Below are positions 52,228-62,029 of a stretch of DNA of 64,000 nucleotides, piece by piece. Location of the stretch: contig CAIQUS010000160.1 of the NCBI GenBank assembly GCA_903875045.1, forward strand, positions 17-64,016, written 5' to 3'. The first letter of the stretch is position 1, and each line of letters opens with the position of its first letter. The notes beneath the pieces are model-generated. The model ran no database searches, was not told where the DNA came from, and saw only the letters and a list, made by a program, of their open reading frames with translations. Made by a program: the position numbers and the translations under genes. Source of the stretch: an uncultured Bacteroidales bacterium. GTDB lineage: Bacteria; Bacteroidota; Bacteroidia; Bacteroidales; FEN-979.

Positions 52228-52941
52228 TCAGAGTCGTTTCATTTCCATCAGGCTTGCCAAAGAAAGCAACACCCCAAGAATCACGCTGTAAAAAGCAGCG
52301 ACGAGGATGCGGGAGCCTTCAGGAAGCATAAAATTAAGGGTTTGGGCAGGGATCCAGAAAACAGGGATGGTAATTTTTATAACAAAGTTCCAGAAAGTGA
52401 GCCAGTCACCTTCTTTAATGTATTGGCCCACGGGTATCGGGGTGAAAAAACCTTTTAAAGTTCCGCCGGTATTCATAATGTGCATATCCGTGATACGATG
52501 AAATCCCATGAATACAGGTGCGAAAAAAAAATTCAGGGTAGCACTCACACTAAAGGCAGAAAGCAGTTTTAACCAGCTGAACCCGGACTGTCGTAAAATA
52601 TCAGCCGGATGGGCTGTGGGAAAATTTAATCCCAAAGATTTCAACATCAGCGGTGCCCCTTCCCCGAAAATCACGAAGGCAACTTTAATGGTAATACCCA
52701 GAAAACCCCAAACGAGGGCACGGGGGAGTAATCCAAACCCTTTTTTATTGTAGTACCCGGTTCTCAGCCGTAATCCCAGGCATTCGCCAAATGTAGCCAG
52801 GATTGCGAACTTGATAAAGCTTAGTAAATATGCATGCTCTGAATTCAATTCCAGGTAAGCTCTGTATACTGGCGGAAAAATAAAAAAAGGGAGCAGGAAC
52901 ATAAGGATCACCCCCAAAACTATAATGTCACTTTTTTTCAT
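52228..52941 (-). CDS. Uncharacterised polytopic membrane protein (about 6 TM)
   Basis: 237 aa, hydrophobic throughout (IIVLGVILMFLLPFFIF, FAILATFGECLGL, ALVWGFLGITIKVAFVIF, LLSAFSVSATLNFFFAPVFMGF, ITIPVFWIPAQTLNFML, VAAFYSVILGVLLSLASL). No family recognised. Confidence 0.55.
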   Translation of the reverse strand: MKKSDIIVLGVILMFLLPFFIFPPVYRAYLELNSEHAYLLSFIKFAILATFGECLGLRLRTGYYNKKGFGLLPRALVWGFLGITIKVAFVIFGEGAPLMLKSLGLNFPTAHPADILRQSGFSWLKLLSAFSVSATLNFFFAPVFMGFHRITDMHIMNTGGTLKGFFTPIPVGQYIKEGDWLTFWNFVIKITIPVFWIPAQTLNFMLPEGSRILVAAFYSVILGVLLSLASLMEMKRL

Positions 52942-52989
52942 ATAAACAGGTGCTCCTTGAAACCGGTCAGGTAGTGTTTAACAACTTGC

Positions 52990-52997
52990 AAAAGTAG
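52990..52997 (-). promoter_or_regulatory. Candidate -7 box TACTTTTG for the membrane-protein gene
   Basis: The plus-strand text caaaagta lies 48 nt upstream of the ATG at 52941. The 8-mer array begins 13 nt further upstream. Confidence 0.3.
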
Positions 52998-53009
52998 GGA
53001 ATTTATTGG

Positions 53010-53065
53010 GTAAACTGGTAAACGAGTGGACGAGTGACCGAGTGGACAGGTGGACAGGTGGAAAG
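53010..53065. repeat. Seven tandem 8-nt units (RGTRNACN: GGTAAAC/AGTGGAC/GGTGGAC)
   Basis: ggtaaact ggtaaacg agtggacg agtgaccg agtggaca ggtggaca ggtggaaa. Confidence 0.9.
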
Positions 53066-53078
53066 ACCGGTGTGGAGA

Positions 53079-53639
53079 TTAATTAAACGTTGGGTCGGCC
53101 GGGAAGTTAGCCCAAATGGCATAATCCTGACCCATATTTTTAAGATAATTGCTCCAGAGAGTTTCGGGATGGTCGTTAATTATTTCGTTGACGGATGTTT
53201 GCGAAAGAACCCACGATTTTTCTTTTAACTCACGGTCTAACTGATTCGGTGACCACCCTGAGTAGCCGACAAAAAACCGGATTTCCCTTGGCAACATTAC
53301 TTTACTTTTAAGCATTTCCCTGATAGTTTCAAGATTGCCCCCCCAATAAAGTCCCTGCATAATAGGCAAACTTTGATCAATGTCATCGCGGGTATGGATA
53401 AAAAAGATGCTGTTGGTTTTGACCGGGCCACCAAGATAAACGGGAAGGTTATATCCGGAAAAACCTTTGATAATATCTTTCAAACGGGCTTCAATCGGTT
53501 TGTTGACAATGACTCCGAATGTGCCTTCTTCATTATGTTCTGCCAACAAAATTACCGATTGTCTGAAGTAGAAATCGCGCAGCGATGGCTCAGAGATCAG
53601 GATGCTGCCCTGTTTTGGCTTTGTGCGTGGTTTTTCCAT
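53079..53639 (-). CDS. YqgE/AlgH-family protein (UPF0301)
   Basis: 186 aa with GSILISEPSL.D..F.QSVILL.EHNEEG.FG.I.NKP and GGPV....FF.H. Confidence 0.8.
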   Translation of the reverse strand: MEKPRTKPKQGSILISEPSLRDFYFRQSVILLAEHNEEGTFGVIVNKPIEARLKDIIKGFSGYNLPVYLGGPVKTNSIFFIHTRDDIDQSLPIMQGLYWGGNLETIREMLKSKVMLPREIRFFVGYSGWSPNQLDRELKEKSWVLSQTSVNEIINDHPETLWSNYLKNMGQDYAIWANFPADPTFN

Positions 53640-53658
53640 GGTGTTCTTACAATTTTAG

Positions 53659-53666
53659 TACTTTTG
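53659..53666 (+). promoter_or_regulatory. Candidate -7 box TACTTTTG for the murL-like/murD-like pair
   Basis: TAnnTTTG match 34 nt upstream of the ATG at 53701. Confidence 0.35.
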
Positions 53667-53700
53667 CGTTGGTCGCAATCGACAAATATAATACCATTTT

Positions 53701-55089
53701 ATGGCAAGGTCAAGCAGGCAGTCAATTTTTGTTCAATTACGAGAACAGTTTCCATTTTTTATCTTTGAAAAACAGGAGTATACGCTGACTGCCCGTGGCC
53801 TCGATATCAGGTTCACTTTTAACCTTGCTGATCAGTACCAATTTCACCCGACGCTTTTTATACCAAGGAAATCCTGTTTCCTTGCCGATGAAAAAATTGC
53901 AGATCATCTCGACTGCATCGTCTTCAACCTGGGGATGATCGAACTGATCAGTTATTGGAAGGCGACTTGTTCCCCAAAGATTATCATCCGGCCTTTTATC
54001 CTGAATGCCGAACAGTTGATATGGTGGAAAAAGCTCTATTTCCATGGATTGGGCGAATTTTTTTATCTGAATGGACTTGATGTAACAGCAGACAGTTTTA
54101 TGCAACTGGAGGTTGTCTCAACAAATCAATTGGTTGAGAAAAAAATGTTCCTTGAAAATTCCGTGATTATTCCGGTTGGCGGTGGCAAGGATTCAGCGGT
54201 GACCCTTGAATTGCTCGGATCGCTGCCAGACAGCATTCCCTTGATCATGAATCCAAGGGACGCCAGTCTGGAAACAATTGTTGCAAAGGGTTTTAAATCT
54301 GATCAGTTCATCGAAATCAAACGCACTATTGATCCTGTATTGCTGAAATTGAATGAGCTTGGTTTTTTAAACGGACATACGCCTTTTTCTGCCATGCTCG
54401 CTTTTGTCACGGTGCTTTCTGCCATCGTGACAGGTCGCAGGCATATCGCCCTTTCGAATGAGTCAAGCGCGAATGAGGCTACCATCGGGGGTACCCAAAT
54501 TAATCATCAATATTCAAAGTCGTTTCAATTTGAATCGGATTTTCGTAAATATGTGAACCGATGGATCAGTAAAGATATTAACTATTTTAGTTTTCTCCGC
54601 CCGCTGAATGAGTTGCAGATCGCCTGCCTGTTTTCCGGATTTCCTCGTTATCATGCAGCATTTAAAAGCTGTAATGCAGGAAGTAAAACCGACTCCTGGT
54701 GCGGTGTTTGTGCAAAATGTCTTTTTACGTACATTATTTTATCCCCTTTTCTGAAAGAAGGTCAGCTTAAGATGATTTTTGGAAAAAATCTGCTTGCAGA
54801 AGAATCCTTGAAAAATATTTTCGATCAGCTTACGGGGTTGGCCGATGAAAAACCTTTTGATTGCGTGGGAACCATCCGGGAGGTAAACCTGGCGCTTTGT
54901 AAAACGATCAGGCAGTTGGACTCAAATGAACTTCCTTGTCTGTTAGAATATTATAAGAATTCCCAAGCTTATTCCACCTATAACAGGATTGATTTTTCCT
55001 TCGAATTGGCACATATATCGACTGAACATTACCTCCTACCTGTATTTATGAAAATATTGGATGAAAGGGTTAAACACAACTTATGGTAA
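53701..55089 (+). CDS. PP-loop-like ATP-utilising protein, candidate MurL (UDP-MurNAc-L-Ala-L-Glu epimerase)
   Basis: 462 aa with an internal IIPVGGGKDSAVT (SGGxDS-like PP-loop), NGHTPFS, and the C-terminal Cys pair WCGVCAKC. It overlaps the MurD-like gene by 7 nt. The MurL assignment is an inference from gene pairing. Confidence 0.5.
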   Translation: MARSSRQSIFVQLREQFPFFIFEKQEYTLTARGLDIRFTFNLADQYQFHPTLFIPRKSCFLADEKIADHLDCIVFNLGMIELISYWKATCSPKIIIRPFILNAEQLIWWKKLYFHGLGEFFYLNGLDVTADSFMQLEVVSTNQLVEKKMFLENSVIIPVGGGKDSAVTLELLGSLPDSIPLIMNPRDASLETIVAKGFKSDQFIEIKRTIDPVLLKLNELGFLNGHTPFSAMLAFVTVLSAIVTGRRHIALSNESSANEATIGGTQINHQYSKSFQFESDFRKYVNRWISKDINYFSFLRPLNELQIACLFSGFPRYHAAFKSCNAGSKTDSWCGVCAKCLFTYIILSPFLKEGQLKMIFGKNLLAEESLKNIFDQLTGLADEKPFDCVGTIREVNLALCKTIRQLDSNELPCLLEYYKNSQAYSTYNRIDFSFELAHISTEHYLLPVFMKILDERVKHNLW

Positions 55090-56516
55090 ATCTGATTCGT
55101 GAACGGTTCACAAATAAATCGATTGTAATTCTCGGATTTGGAAGGGAAGGGCAATCGACCTATCTGCTTTTGCGAAAAATTTTCCCGGACAAACAACTTG
55201 CCATTGCCGATATGAGCGATGGTGTTCATGAAAACCCATTGATTCAGCACGATGATTGTTTGCACTTCATCACGGGAGCAGGGTATCTCAACCATCTGGT
55301 TAAGTATGACGTGATTTTTCGGTCCCCGGGAATTCCGATCTGGCAACTGATTGGTCCGGATGATGAATCAGCTTCTTCAGAAACCAAACAAGCTGCCGAT
55401 TTCCACATTCCCAGGAAAAAGATTACCTCGCAAACCGAAATTTTTCTGGAATGCTATTCAAAACAAGTGATTGGCGTCACCGGAACAAAAGGTAAAAGCA
55501 CCACCTCAAGTTTGATTCACCATATTTTTAAAACTGCCGGGAAAGATGTACTTCTGGCCGGAAACATCGGTAATCCTGTATTTCATTTCATTGACCTCAT
55601 TACCACGTCTACTTCGATTGTTTTTGAGCTTTCGTCACATCAGCTTGAATTACTGAAAATCGCTCCGCATATTTCTGTTCTGCTTAATCTTTACGAAGAA
55701 CATCTGGATGCCTACGAAAGTTATGATACCTATCAGCAGGCCAAAATAAATATCACAAAATATCAGCAACCTGGTGATTTCCTTGTTTTTAATTCTGATG
55801 ATCATCTGGTTGATAAGCTTGTGAAACCATTTTTGGGTCTTCGTAAACCCTTTCCATTTTCAGTCCAGGATCAGCCTCAACCTGGTGGATTTATAGATGA
55901 TGGGGCTATTTGTTTTGCAGATGAAAACCGGGTTGTTCCGGTATGGAAAATTCACCAGGACCGTTTCCTCCGCGGGGAGCATAACCTGAAAAATATTCTT
56001 GCCGCTGTGAATGTTTGCATGATTTGTGGCATTGAACCTGAAATGATCGAAGATGGTATCGCCACTTTTAAGGGGTTGGAACACAGGTTGGAGTATGTGG
56101 GCGAATTTGGCAATATTCACTTCTATAATGATTCGATTGCCACAATTCCCGAAGCCTGTATGGAGGCAATAAAGGCCATCCCTAACGTAGATACGCTTAT
56201 TGCCGGAGGCTTTGACCGTGGTATCAATTATGAAGGGTTGGCTGAATTTCTTTGCAGGTCGTCTGTAAGGAATTTCATTCTTCTGGGAGCCGCCGGGAAA
56301 AGGATCATGGAGCATCTGACTTTGATTAATCATGCGGAAAAAAAAATATTTCATATAAACCGTTTCGACGATTTTAAAACCATTGCGCTGCGGGAAACCC
56401 GTGCCGGTTATGCTTGTCTTCTATCACCTGCTGCAGCCAGCTATGATGAATTTAAAAATTTTGAAGAACGGGGAAAGAGGTTTAGGGAACTGGTAAAAAG
56501 CGAAAAAGCGAAATAG
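55083..56516 (+). CDS. murD: MurD-family UDP-N-acetylmuramoyl-L-alanine--glutamate ligase (possible L-Glu-specific MurD2)
   Basis: N-terminal Rossmann VILGFGREGQS, P-loop GVTGTKGKSTT, LNLYEEHLD and a C-terminal Mur ligase domain. It is not flanked by mraY/ftsW. Confidence 0.8.
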   Translation: MVNLIRERFTNKSIVILGFGREGQSTYLLLRKIFPDKQLAIADMSDGVHENPLIQHDDCLHFITGAGYLNHLVKYDVIFRSPGIPIWQLIGPDDESASSETKQAADFHIPRKKITSQTEIFLECYSKQVIGVTGTKGKSTTSSLIHHIFKTAGKDVLLAGNIGNPVFHFIDLITTSTSIVFELSSHQLELLKIAPHISVLLNLYEEHLDAYESYDTYQQAKINITKYQQPGDFLVFNSDDHLVDKLVKPFLGLRKPFPFSVQDQPQPGGFIDDGAICFADENRVVPVWKIHQDRFLRGEHNLKNILAAVNVCMICGIEPEMIEDGIATFKGLEHRLEYVGEFGNIHFYNDSIATIPEACMEAIKAIPNVDTLIAGGFDRGINYEGLAEFLCRSSVRNFILLGAAGKRIMEHLTLINHAEKKIFHINRFDDFKTIALRETRAGYACLLSPAAASYDEFKNFEERGKRFRELVKSEKAK

Positions 56517-56534
56517 CCAAAAAGCGAAAAATGA
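56495..56534. repeat. Five tandem 8-nt units (AAAAAGCG)
   Basis: aaaaagcg aaaaagcg aaatagcc aaaaagcg aaaaatga. The array contains the murD-like stop (TAG 56514-56516) and the next gene's ATG (56531). Confidence 0.85.
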
Positions 56535-57478
56535 AAAAAATATTAAACCTGCTGCTGGTTTTAGTGATGTTTGCGAACCATGTTTTTGCACAGCAGACTG
56601 ATTACAATACCATCGTGAACCGTTATATACTGAAATACAGGGATATTGCAGTCAAGGAAATGAAGGAGTACCGGATTCCGGCAAGCATCACCCTGGCACA
56701 GGGAATTTTGGAATCCAATGCGGGCCGTAGTCCGCTTGCTGTTGAGGCAAATAACCATTTTGGCATAAAATGTCATAAGGGATGGACAGGTAAAACATTT
56801 TACAAGGATGATGAAACAAAGAATGAATGTTTCAGAAAATATGGCAGTCCTGTTGAGTCATTCCGCGATCATTCATGGTTTCTGACCCAGCGCGACCGGT
56901 ATAAGGGTTTGTTCAGTTTGGAAATTACCGATTACAAAGGTTGGGCAAACGGCTTAAAATCGGCAGGTTATGCAACTAATCCTTCTTACGCACAATTGCT
57001 GATCAAGACAATTGAGACTTTCGATCTTTACCGTTTCGACCAGGCTGAATTTATTGTTGCATCGGGCGACAGTTCTGATGTTGCGACGCCGCCGGAAGAA
57101 AAGGCATGGTTAAACAGGTTTGTGGTGAAATCTACGGGACCAGCCAACCGCAATATTTACGAAAACAACAGGTTGCAAATGATTATTGCCAGACAGGACG
57201 ATAATCTGTATGTGATCGCACGTGATTTTAATTTATCCGTAAGTAAGCTGCTTAAATACAATGATTTACCAAAGCCGACTTCGTTGAATCCCGGCCAGAT
57301 TGTGTATCTTGAGGCAAAGAGACGAAAAGGGGCCATTGAAAGTCATAAGCTACAGGCAGGGGAGTCTTTATATGTCATTTCTCAACTTTATGGCATCAGG
57401 TTGAAATCTCTTCTTAAACGCAATGATCTGCACATAGGTAGTGAACCCAAAAAGGGAACTATTTTACGGCTTAGGTAG
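56531..57478 (+). CDS. Glucosaminidase-domain peptidoglycan hydrolase with two LysM domains
   Basis: Signal peptide. IPASITLAQGILESNAGRSPLA..NNHFGIK (mannosyl-glycoprotein endo-beta-N-acetylglucosaminidase domain). Two LysM repeats (YVIARDFNLSVSKLLKYNDL, YVISQLYGIRLKSLLKRNDL). Confidence 0.8.
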   Translation: MKKILNLLLVLVMFANHVFAQQTDYNTIVNRYILKYRDIAVKEMKEYRIPASITLAQGILESNAGRSPLAVEANNHFGIKCHKGWTGKTFYKDDETKNECFRKYGSPVESFRDHSWFLTQRDRYKGLFSLEITDYKGWANGLKSAGYATNPSYAQLLIKTIETFDLYRFDQAEFIVASGDSSDVATPPEEKAWLNRFVVKSTGPANRNIYENNRLQMIIARQDDNLYVIARDFNLSVSKLLKYNDLPKPTSLNPGQIVYLEAKRRKGAIESHKLQAGESLYVISQLYGIRLKSLLKRNDLHIGSEPKKGTILRLR

Positions 57479-60202
57479 ACGGTAGTTTTTTAGAAATTTG
57501 CCTGCGCCGACCACTAAATTCAACTGAGCATCATTCTCGAGAAAGCCCACATCGAAAGGTGTATTGCCGCGAATGCCCGATTCAAGCTCCCGATATCCAT
57601 GGTCATCAAACATAAATAATTCATTGGTTTCCGGAACCACGTACCCGATCATGGTTTTACCGTCACTTCGATGTAAAAGGAAGGGTGGATTGCTGATTTC
57701 ACGACGAAACGCATAAGAATATACCAGTTTATAATTGCGGTTGTAATAATAGAGATTGTTCTTGTCTGAAAAGATAAATTCGGGCTGGCTGTTTCCGGTA
57801 ATATCTTCATAGAAAAACCGGTGTTCCGGTGAGAAAATATTTACAGTAACCTCTGTTGTTTTGCCTTTTTCATGAATGAAAATAATTTTGCCATCAGGTC
57901 CTGTTGTGATGAATGGCCCTTTTTTGTTGGTTTTATTGATATGAAATCCTGATAAAGGTGCATGAGTGAATTTTGGCCCCGGGGAGATTTGGGGGTCACC
58001 ATTCCGGTTGAGGATCATGGTGTTTCCGGTAATTCCTGAAATCAGGATATAATCTTTCATTCCTATTGTAAAACAGGAAACCGGCTTGGATACTTCTTCT
58101 TTCAGGTTTGGGCGCTTCCAGCCATAAACCGACATCCCATCCAGGTTAAAGCAGTAAACCCTGTTGTCCTGGAATGCAACAATAATATGATAATCGCCAT
58201 TGTGGTCCCAATCGATTGCCGTTATTCCATTCGTTGCATGCAGTGGAAAACGCATCGGGAACTTTTCAGCAAACCTGCCATCTGCATGAAGCATATAAAG
58301 ATGCGTGTCGGTATTAAAAAGGAGGAAGAGCGAATCACTCCCTTTAAGTTTAACAGGATAGATTTCGCCCATGATTTTACCCATGATGTGAAGTTTCCAG
58401 GCAATGTGTCCCTGTGATGTTACCAGATAGAGGTTATTGGAAATATCGGTTGCCACAACAGCAGGATTTCCTGACGTAGTTGTGGGGATGATTTGCGGGT
58501 GTCCTGTTATGGTTGTGTCGAGACTTGCCTGCCATTGTAATGGACCTTCTTTTCCAAGATTTGGGTCATATCGTAAAAAAATACTTGAATAAAACTGGCC
58601 ATCGGCATTGCCATATTGAAACGCAACAGATTCAAATTTCCGGATACTATCCATCATGGGGTTCAACTGGTCAGAAAGGTCCTGGCTCATCATCCCTTTC
58701 AATGTATGGATAGCATTACGTGTATTGAAATAGGAAAAAACATTGGATTTGTCGGACAAATTCGCTTCAAAATCGATGAAGACATTGTTGTTTGCCAGTG
58801 TAGCTTTTTCTGAAACCGCTTCGATAATTGGTTCAAGGTCTTTAGGTTGTCTGGCAAAGACGATATAGTCATCAAGAAATGTAAAAGAATTGGCCTCGAA
58901 TTTCCCGAATAATTCACCGAAAAGTGCCGGAATGAAAGCAGGAAGGGTCAGTCTGTAAATTTTGTGTCCCTTGAATTGTACGGAATCATATTTGATCCCT
59001 AAAGTATCCGCAAGAGCAAAAAGTGAAGTGGCTGTAAGCAAGGTGTCGCGTGTATTGAAAGCGGTAAACCCAATTTCGGCTGATGATTTTGGGTCCTGCA
59101 AAACAAAGACGCACCCTTCATTGCCCATCCATGGTAAAAAATATTCACTGACGTTCAATTGGTAGCGGTCGATAAGGGAAATTACATCATTTTGTCCGCC
59201 TGCAAAGTTTTCATCACGTTGCAGCCGATTCTGAAATCTTTGGCAGAAACGTGAGGGATCGCTCCACCCGTATGCTGTAAAATAGAGTGCATTCTCGGGA
59301 ATGATTGCAGCGATCTTCTTTTTCTGGGGTTTTTGATCTGTGAAAAGAGAGAGGAAATGCTGGCTGCTGTCAGATGCCACGGTAATGCCGTTAAACAACA
59401 ATTCATCTTTTTTAATGATAAGGTCGAGCCCGCTCCAGTCGGCAAAATTGGAAAATTTCACCAGGTCTGGCAGTGTCTCCTCCCGGGTAATTTTCGATAG
59501 CACAAGTGAAAAAAAACGGTAATTAATAAAAATGTTGGCATCAACTTTTTTTCCTGCAGTGGCCTGGACTTTCCGAAAACCCGATGAAGCAGCCATTGGT
59601 GTATTGAGTGAGAGACGATCGATGGCCCTTTTTACGAGATCGGCGTGGAAACTCCCCATGAACACCCCTTTTAACACGGCAAAGTAAAATGCCTCCCGGC
59701 TGCCCCCTGATTGAATGCGGTGCAAGCTAGTAGTTGAATAAGGGGTTTCTGTAAGAATTGCTTTCCCGGAGTTGATTTCGTTTATAAATTCGAGAATGTA
59801 CGATTCAGGGTCCCGGCCTGACACCGAAGCCAGGTACAAGGCTCCGAAATTATTTCTGCCACTCAGTGTTATGGAAATCAATATATTGTACTGTTGAAAA
59901 ATTTTATTGATTTTGTCGTTTTTCCGGCTTGTTGAATCGACATAGTGCAGTTCATTTTTTACAGGATTGATTCCCGGGAAACGCGCTAATGCTTTCCAAA
60001 GGAGGTTCGACCTGTTAAGTTCTTCGAGAAGGTTACCTGCTTTATTAAGTTGGATGATGAGTGCTGTATTTCCCGGAATAGCATTAAACGGTGATTCAGA
60101 TGGTCGCTGGAATTTATTGTAGATGGTGTAGCCCAGCCAGGAAAAACCGGTCAAGGCTACAAGCATTGAAAGGACAATCAGAATGCTTCGGAAATTTCTC
60201 AT
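57464..60202 (-). CDS. Large N-terminally anchored hypothetical protein with a beta-propeller-like C-terminal half
   Basis: Start placed at MRNFRSILIVLSMLVALTGFSWLGY (M25 of the ORF). No catalytic motif found. The 3' end overlaps the convergent LysM gene by 15 nt. Confidence 0.6.
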   Translation of the reverse strand: MRNFRSILIVLSMLVALTGFSWLGYTIYNKFQRPSESPFNAIPGNTALIIQLNKAGNLLEELNRSNLLWKALARFPGINPVKNELHYVDSTSRKNDKINKIFQQYNILISITLSGRNNFGALYLASVSGRDPESYILEFINEINSGKAILTETPYSTTSLHRIQSGGSREAFYFAVLKGVFMGSFHADLVKRAIDRLSLNTPMAASSGFRKVQATAGKKVDANIFINYRFFSLVLSKITREETLPDLVKFSNFADWSGLDLIIKKDELLFNGITVASDSSQHFLSLFTDQKPQKKKIAAIIPENALYFTAYGWSDPSRFCQRFQNRLQRDENFAGGQNDVISLIDRYQLNVSEYFLPWMGNEGCVFVLQDPKSSAEIGFTAFNTRDTLLTATSLFALADTLGIKYDSVQFKGHKIYRLTLPAFIPALFGELFGKFEANSFTFLDDYIVFARQPKDLEPIIEAVSEKATLANNNVFIDFEANLSDKSNVFSYFNTRNAIHTLKGMMSQDLSDQLNPMMDSIRKFESVAFQYGNADGQFYSSIFLRYDPNLGKEGPLQWQASLDTTITGHPQIIPTTTSGNPAVVATDISNNLYLVTSQGHIAWKLHIMGKIMGEIYPVKLKGSDSLFLLFNTDTHLYMLHADGRFAEKFPMRFPLHATNGITAIDWDHNGDYHIIVAFQDNRVYCFNLDGMSVYGWKRPNLKEEVSKPVSCFTIGMKDYILISGITGNTMILNRNGDPQISPGPKFTHAPLSGFHINKTNKKGPFITTGPDGKIIFIHEKGKTTEVTVNIFSPEHRFFYEDITGNSQPEFIFSDKNNLYYYNRNYKLVYSYAFRREISNPPFLLHRSDGKTMIGYVVPETNELFMFDDHGYRELESGIRGNTPFDVGFLENDAQLNLVVGAGKFLKNYRLPKP

Positions 60203-60322
60203 TGATGGTTTTCCTTTGAAAAAACCGCAGCAAAGGTATGGGTAAGAAAGAAACTCCTGCAAAAAAGTTATCAATACTGCAAGGAGGAATTGTTAATTAC
60301 GTTAAAGTTATAAATGGTGTTT

Positions 60323-61780
60323 CTAACGCGTCAAAATGAGTTTGAAGGTTTCTGAATAATCATCGGCAATAACTTTAACAAAATAAAGTCCCTGAGCCCT
60401 GTCAAACAGTCTGCATTCGTGTTTTTTTTCACCGGTGATATTTTCAATGAGCAACCTGTCACCAAATATGTCGAAAATTTCAAACTTTAAGCTGGAGAAT
60501 TCTTTTTCGCTCTTTTGTTCAATGGTAAATTTGCCATTGGTGGGGTTAGGGTAGAGTTTAAAGAAAGATTTTGATGAGGTGATGGAAGGTTCATCCTTAC
60601 CGGGAACCGCTGATATAAATGAAGATGCTTTCAGTGCGCAGTGTTCAGAAAGAGAGATGGACCCATGCATGTATCCTCCTGGTTCAACCGTAACCCCATG
60701 CAGATATTTTATATTTTGCCATGCGATCATGGTTGCACTGCTGCCATCATGAACAGTGTAGGTAGTACCCCCGGCGACGTTTATTATTTGAGTTGCATTA
60801 TAACATTTGGATATTCCCGGGTTAACATTTCCAGATACGGCAATGGTTTGAGGTACATTAACAGTTACCATCACATCCAACCTGTTTGTACTCTCACAGC
60901 CAGATAACGTCTGGCTGGCATAGTAATGAGAGTAACTGTCTAATAACTTGGTAATTGATAGCGCAGGGCCTCCGGAAGCATCGGCATACCATTTAATGGC
61001 AGTGCCAGTTGCAGCCAAATTGCCTACAGTTGCACCTGTAGAAAAAAATTGAATTGTATCTCCAGTCGGAGTAGCAGTTTTTGGCACAATAATTACATTG
61101 GCTGATGGCAATGAGATACATCCTGAACCATTAGAATATTTGAAGCTGTATGTTCCAACCGAAAGATTTGATATTGTTGTACTTGTTCCTGTTCCAATGA
61201 CACTACTTCCGTTGGGAACCCGGATAAGTGTCCATGTACCCGGGGCAGGCAAATTATTCAAAACCACACTTCCTGTTAAATCAGAGCAGGTGGGTTGAGT
61301 AATTGTGCCAATGACGGGGGGCATGGTTGCAGTTCCATCCACCCAGTTTACGGAATATTCAGCGTTATTTTCATCCCAGATATCTTTCGAAGTAGGACTG
61401 TTTGACCATGAAATATTTCCAGGACAGGTTTTTTTTACTATGAAATTCAGCGTAAATATGGTCCTGGGAGTTGTAAAGAAGGCTGATGGGGAGCAGGAGA
61501 ACACAATTTTTGTCATCATCCCCTGAGGAAAAGCATTTATCAAAAAACCAGAGTTTGGGTTAATATTGGTGGTGCTTACATAGGTCAATGATGCAGTGTC
61601 AAATTCGATGGTAAACTGATACCCGGATACATTCTGGCCGAAGTTTGTCAATTTGACCGGAATCGAGACACTGGCTCCCACAATTGGACTAAAGGTGGTC
61701 TCAATGGTTGCAGTTTGGGCAAATAAATTCACCGACAGGTTGAAAACCAAAACAGACAGGAGTAAATTTTTAACGCACAT
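60323..61780 (-). CDS. T9SS type-A cargo protein with an N-terminal cohesin-like domain
   Basis: Signal peptide MCVKNLLLSVLVFNLSVNLFAQ. VSIPVKLTNFGQNVSGYQFTIEFD is cohesin-like. The C-terminal FKLYPNPTNGKFTI...GLYFVKV...FKLILTR is a sorting domain. Confidence 0.7.
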   Translation of the reverse strand: MCVKNLLLSVLVFNLSVNLFAQTATIETTFSPIVGASVSIPVKLTNFGQNVSGYQFTIEFDTASLTYVSTTNINPNSGFLINAFPQGMMTKIVFSCSPSAFFTTPRTIFTLNFIVKKTCPGNISWSNSPTSKDIWDENNAEYSVNWVDGTATMPPVIGTITQPTCSDLTGSVVLNNLPAPGTWTLIRVPNGSSVIGTGTSTTISNLSVGTYSFKYSNGSGCISLPSANVIIVPKTATPTGDTIQFFSTGATVGNLAATGTAIKWYADASGGPALSITKLLDSYSHYYASQTLSGCESTNRLDVMVTVNVPQTIAVSGNVNPGISKCYNATQIINVAGGTTYTVHDGSSATMIAWQNIKYLHGVTVEPGGYMHGSISLSEHCALKASSFISAVPGKDEPSITSSKSFFKLYPNPTNGKFTIEQKSEKEFSSLKFEIFDIFGDRLLIENITGEKKHECRLFDRAQGLYFVKVIADDYSETFKLILTR

Positions 61781-62029
61781 AATGATCGTTATTTAAGATG
61801 GTTTAATTCGAAGGACTCTTTAAATATCCTTCGCGATCGATTGAAAGTTTTTGAACCAACATGGTCATTTCGAAAAATTATTTAAAGATACATCAAATTT
61901 GGCAATTTAATTCATAAAAGTGAAAAATATTTTTAAATCGAACTATCACTGACCTATCTGTAAAACATTGTTAACATAATAACCAAAACCGACTAATCAA
62001 TTAAAAGGGCTGCCACCTCTACAAACATA

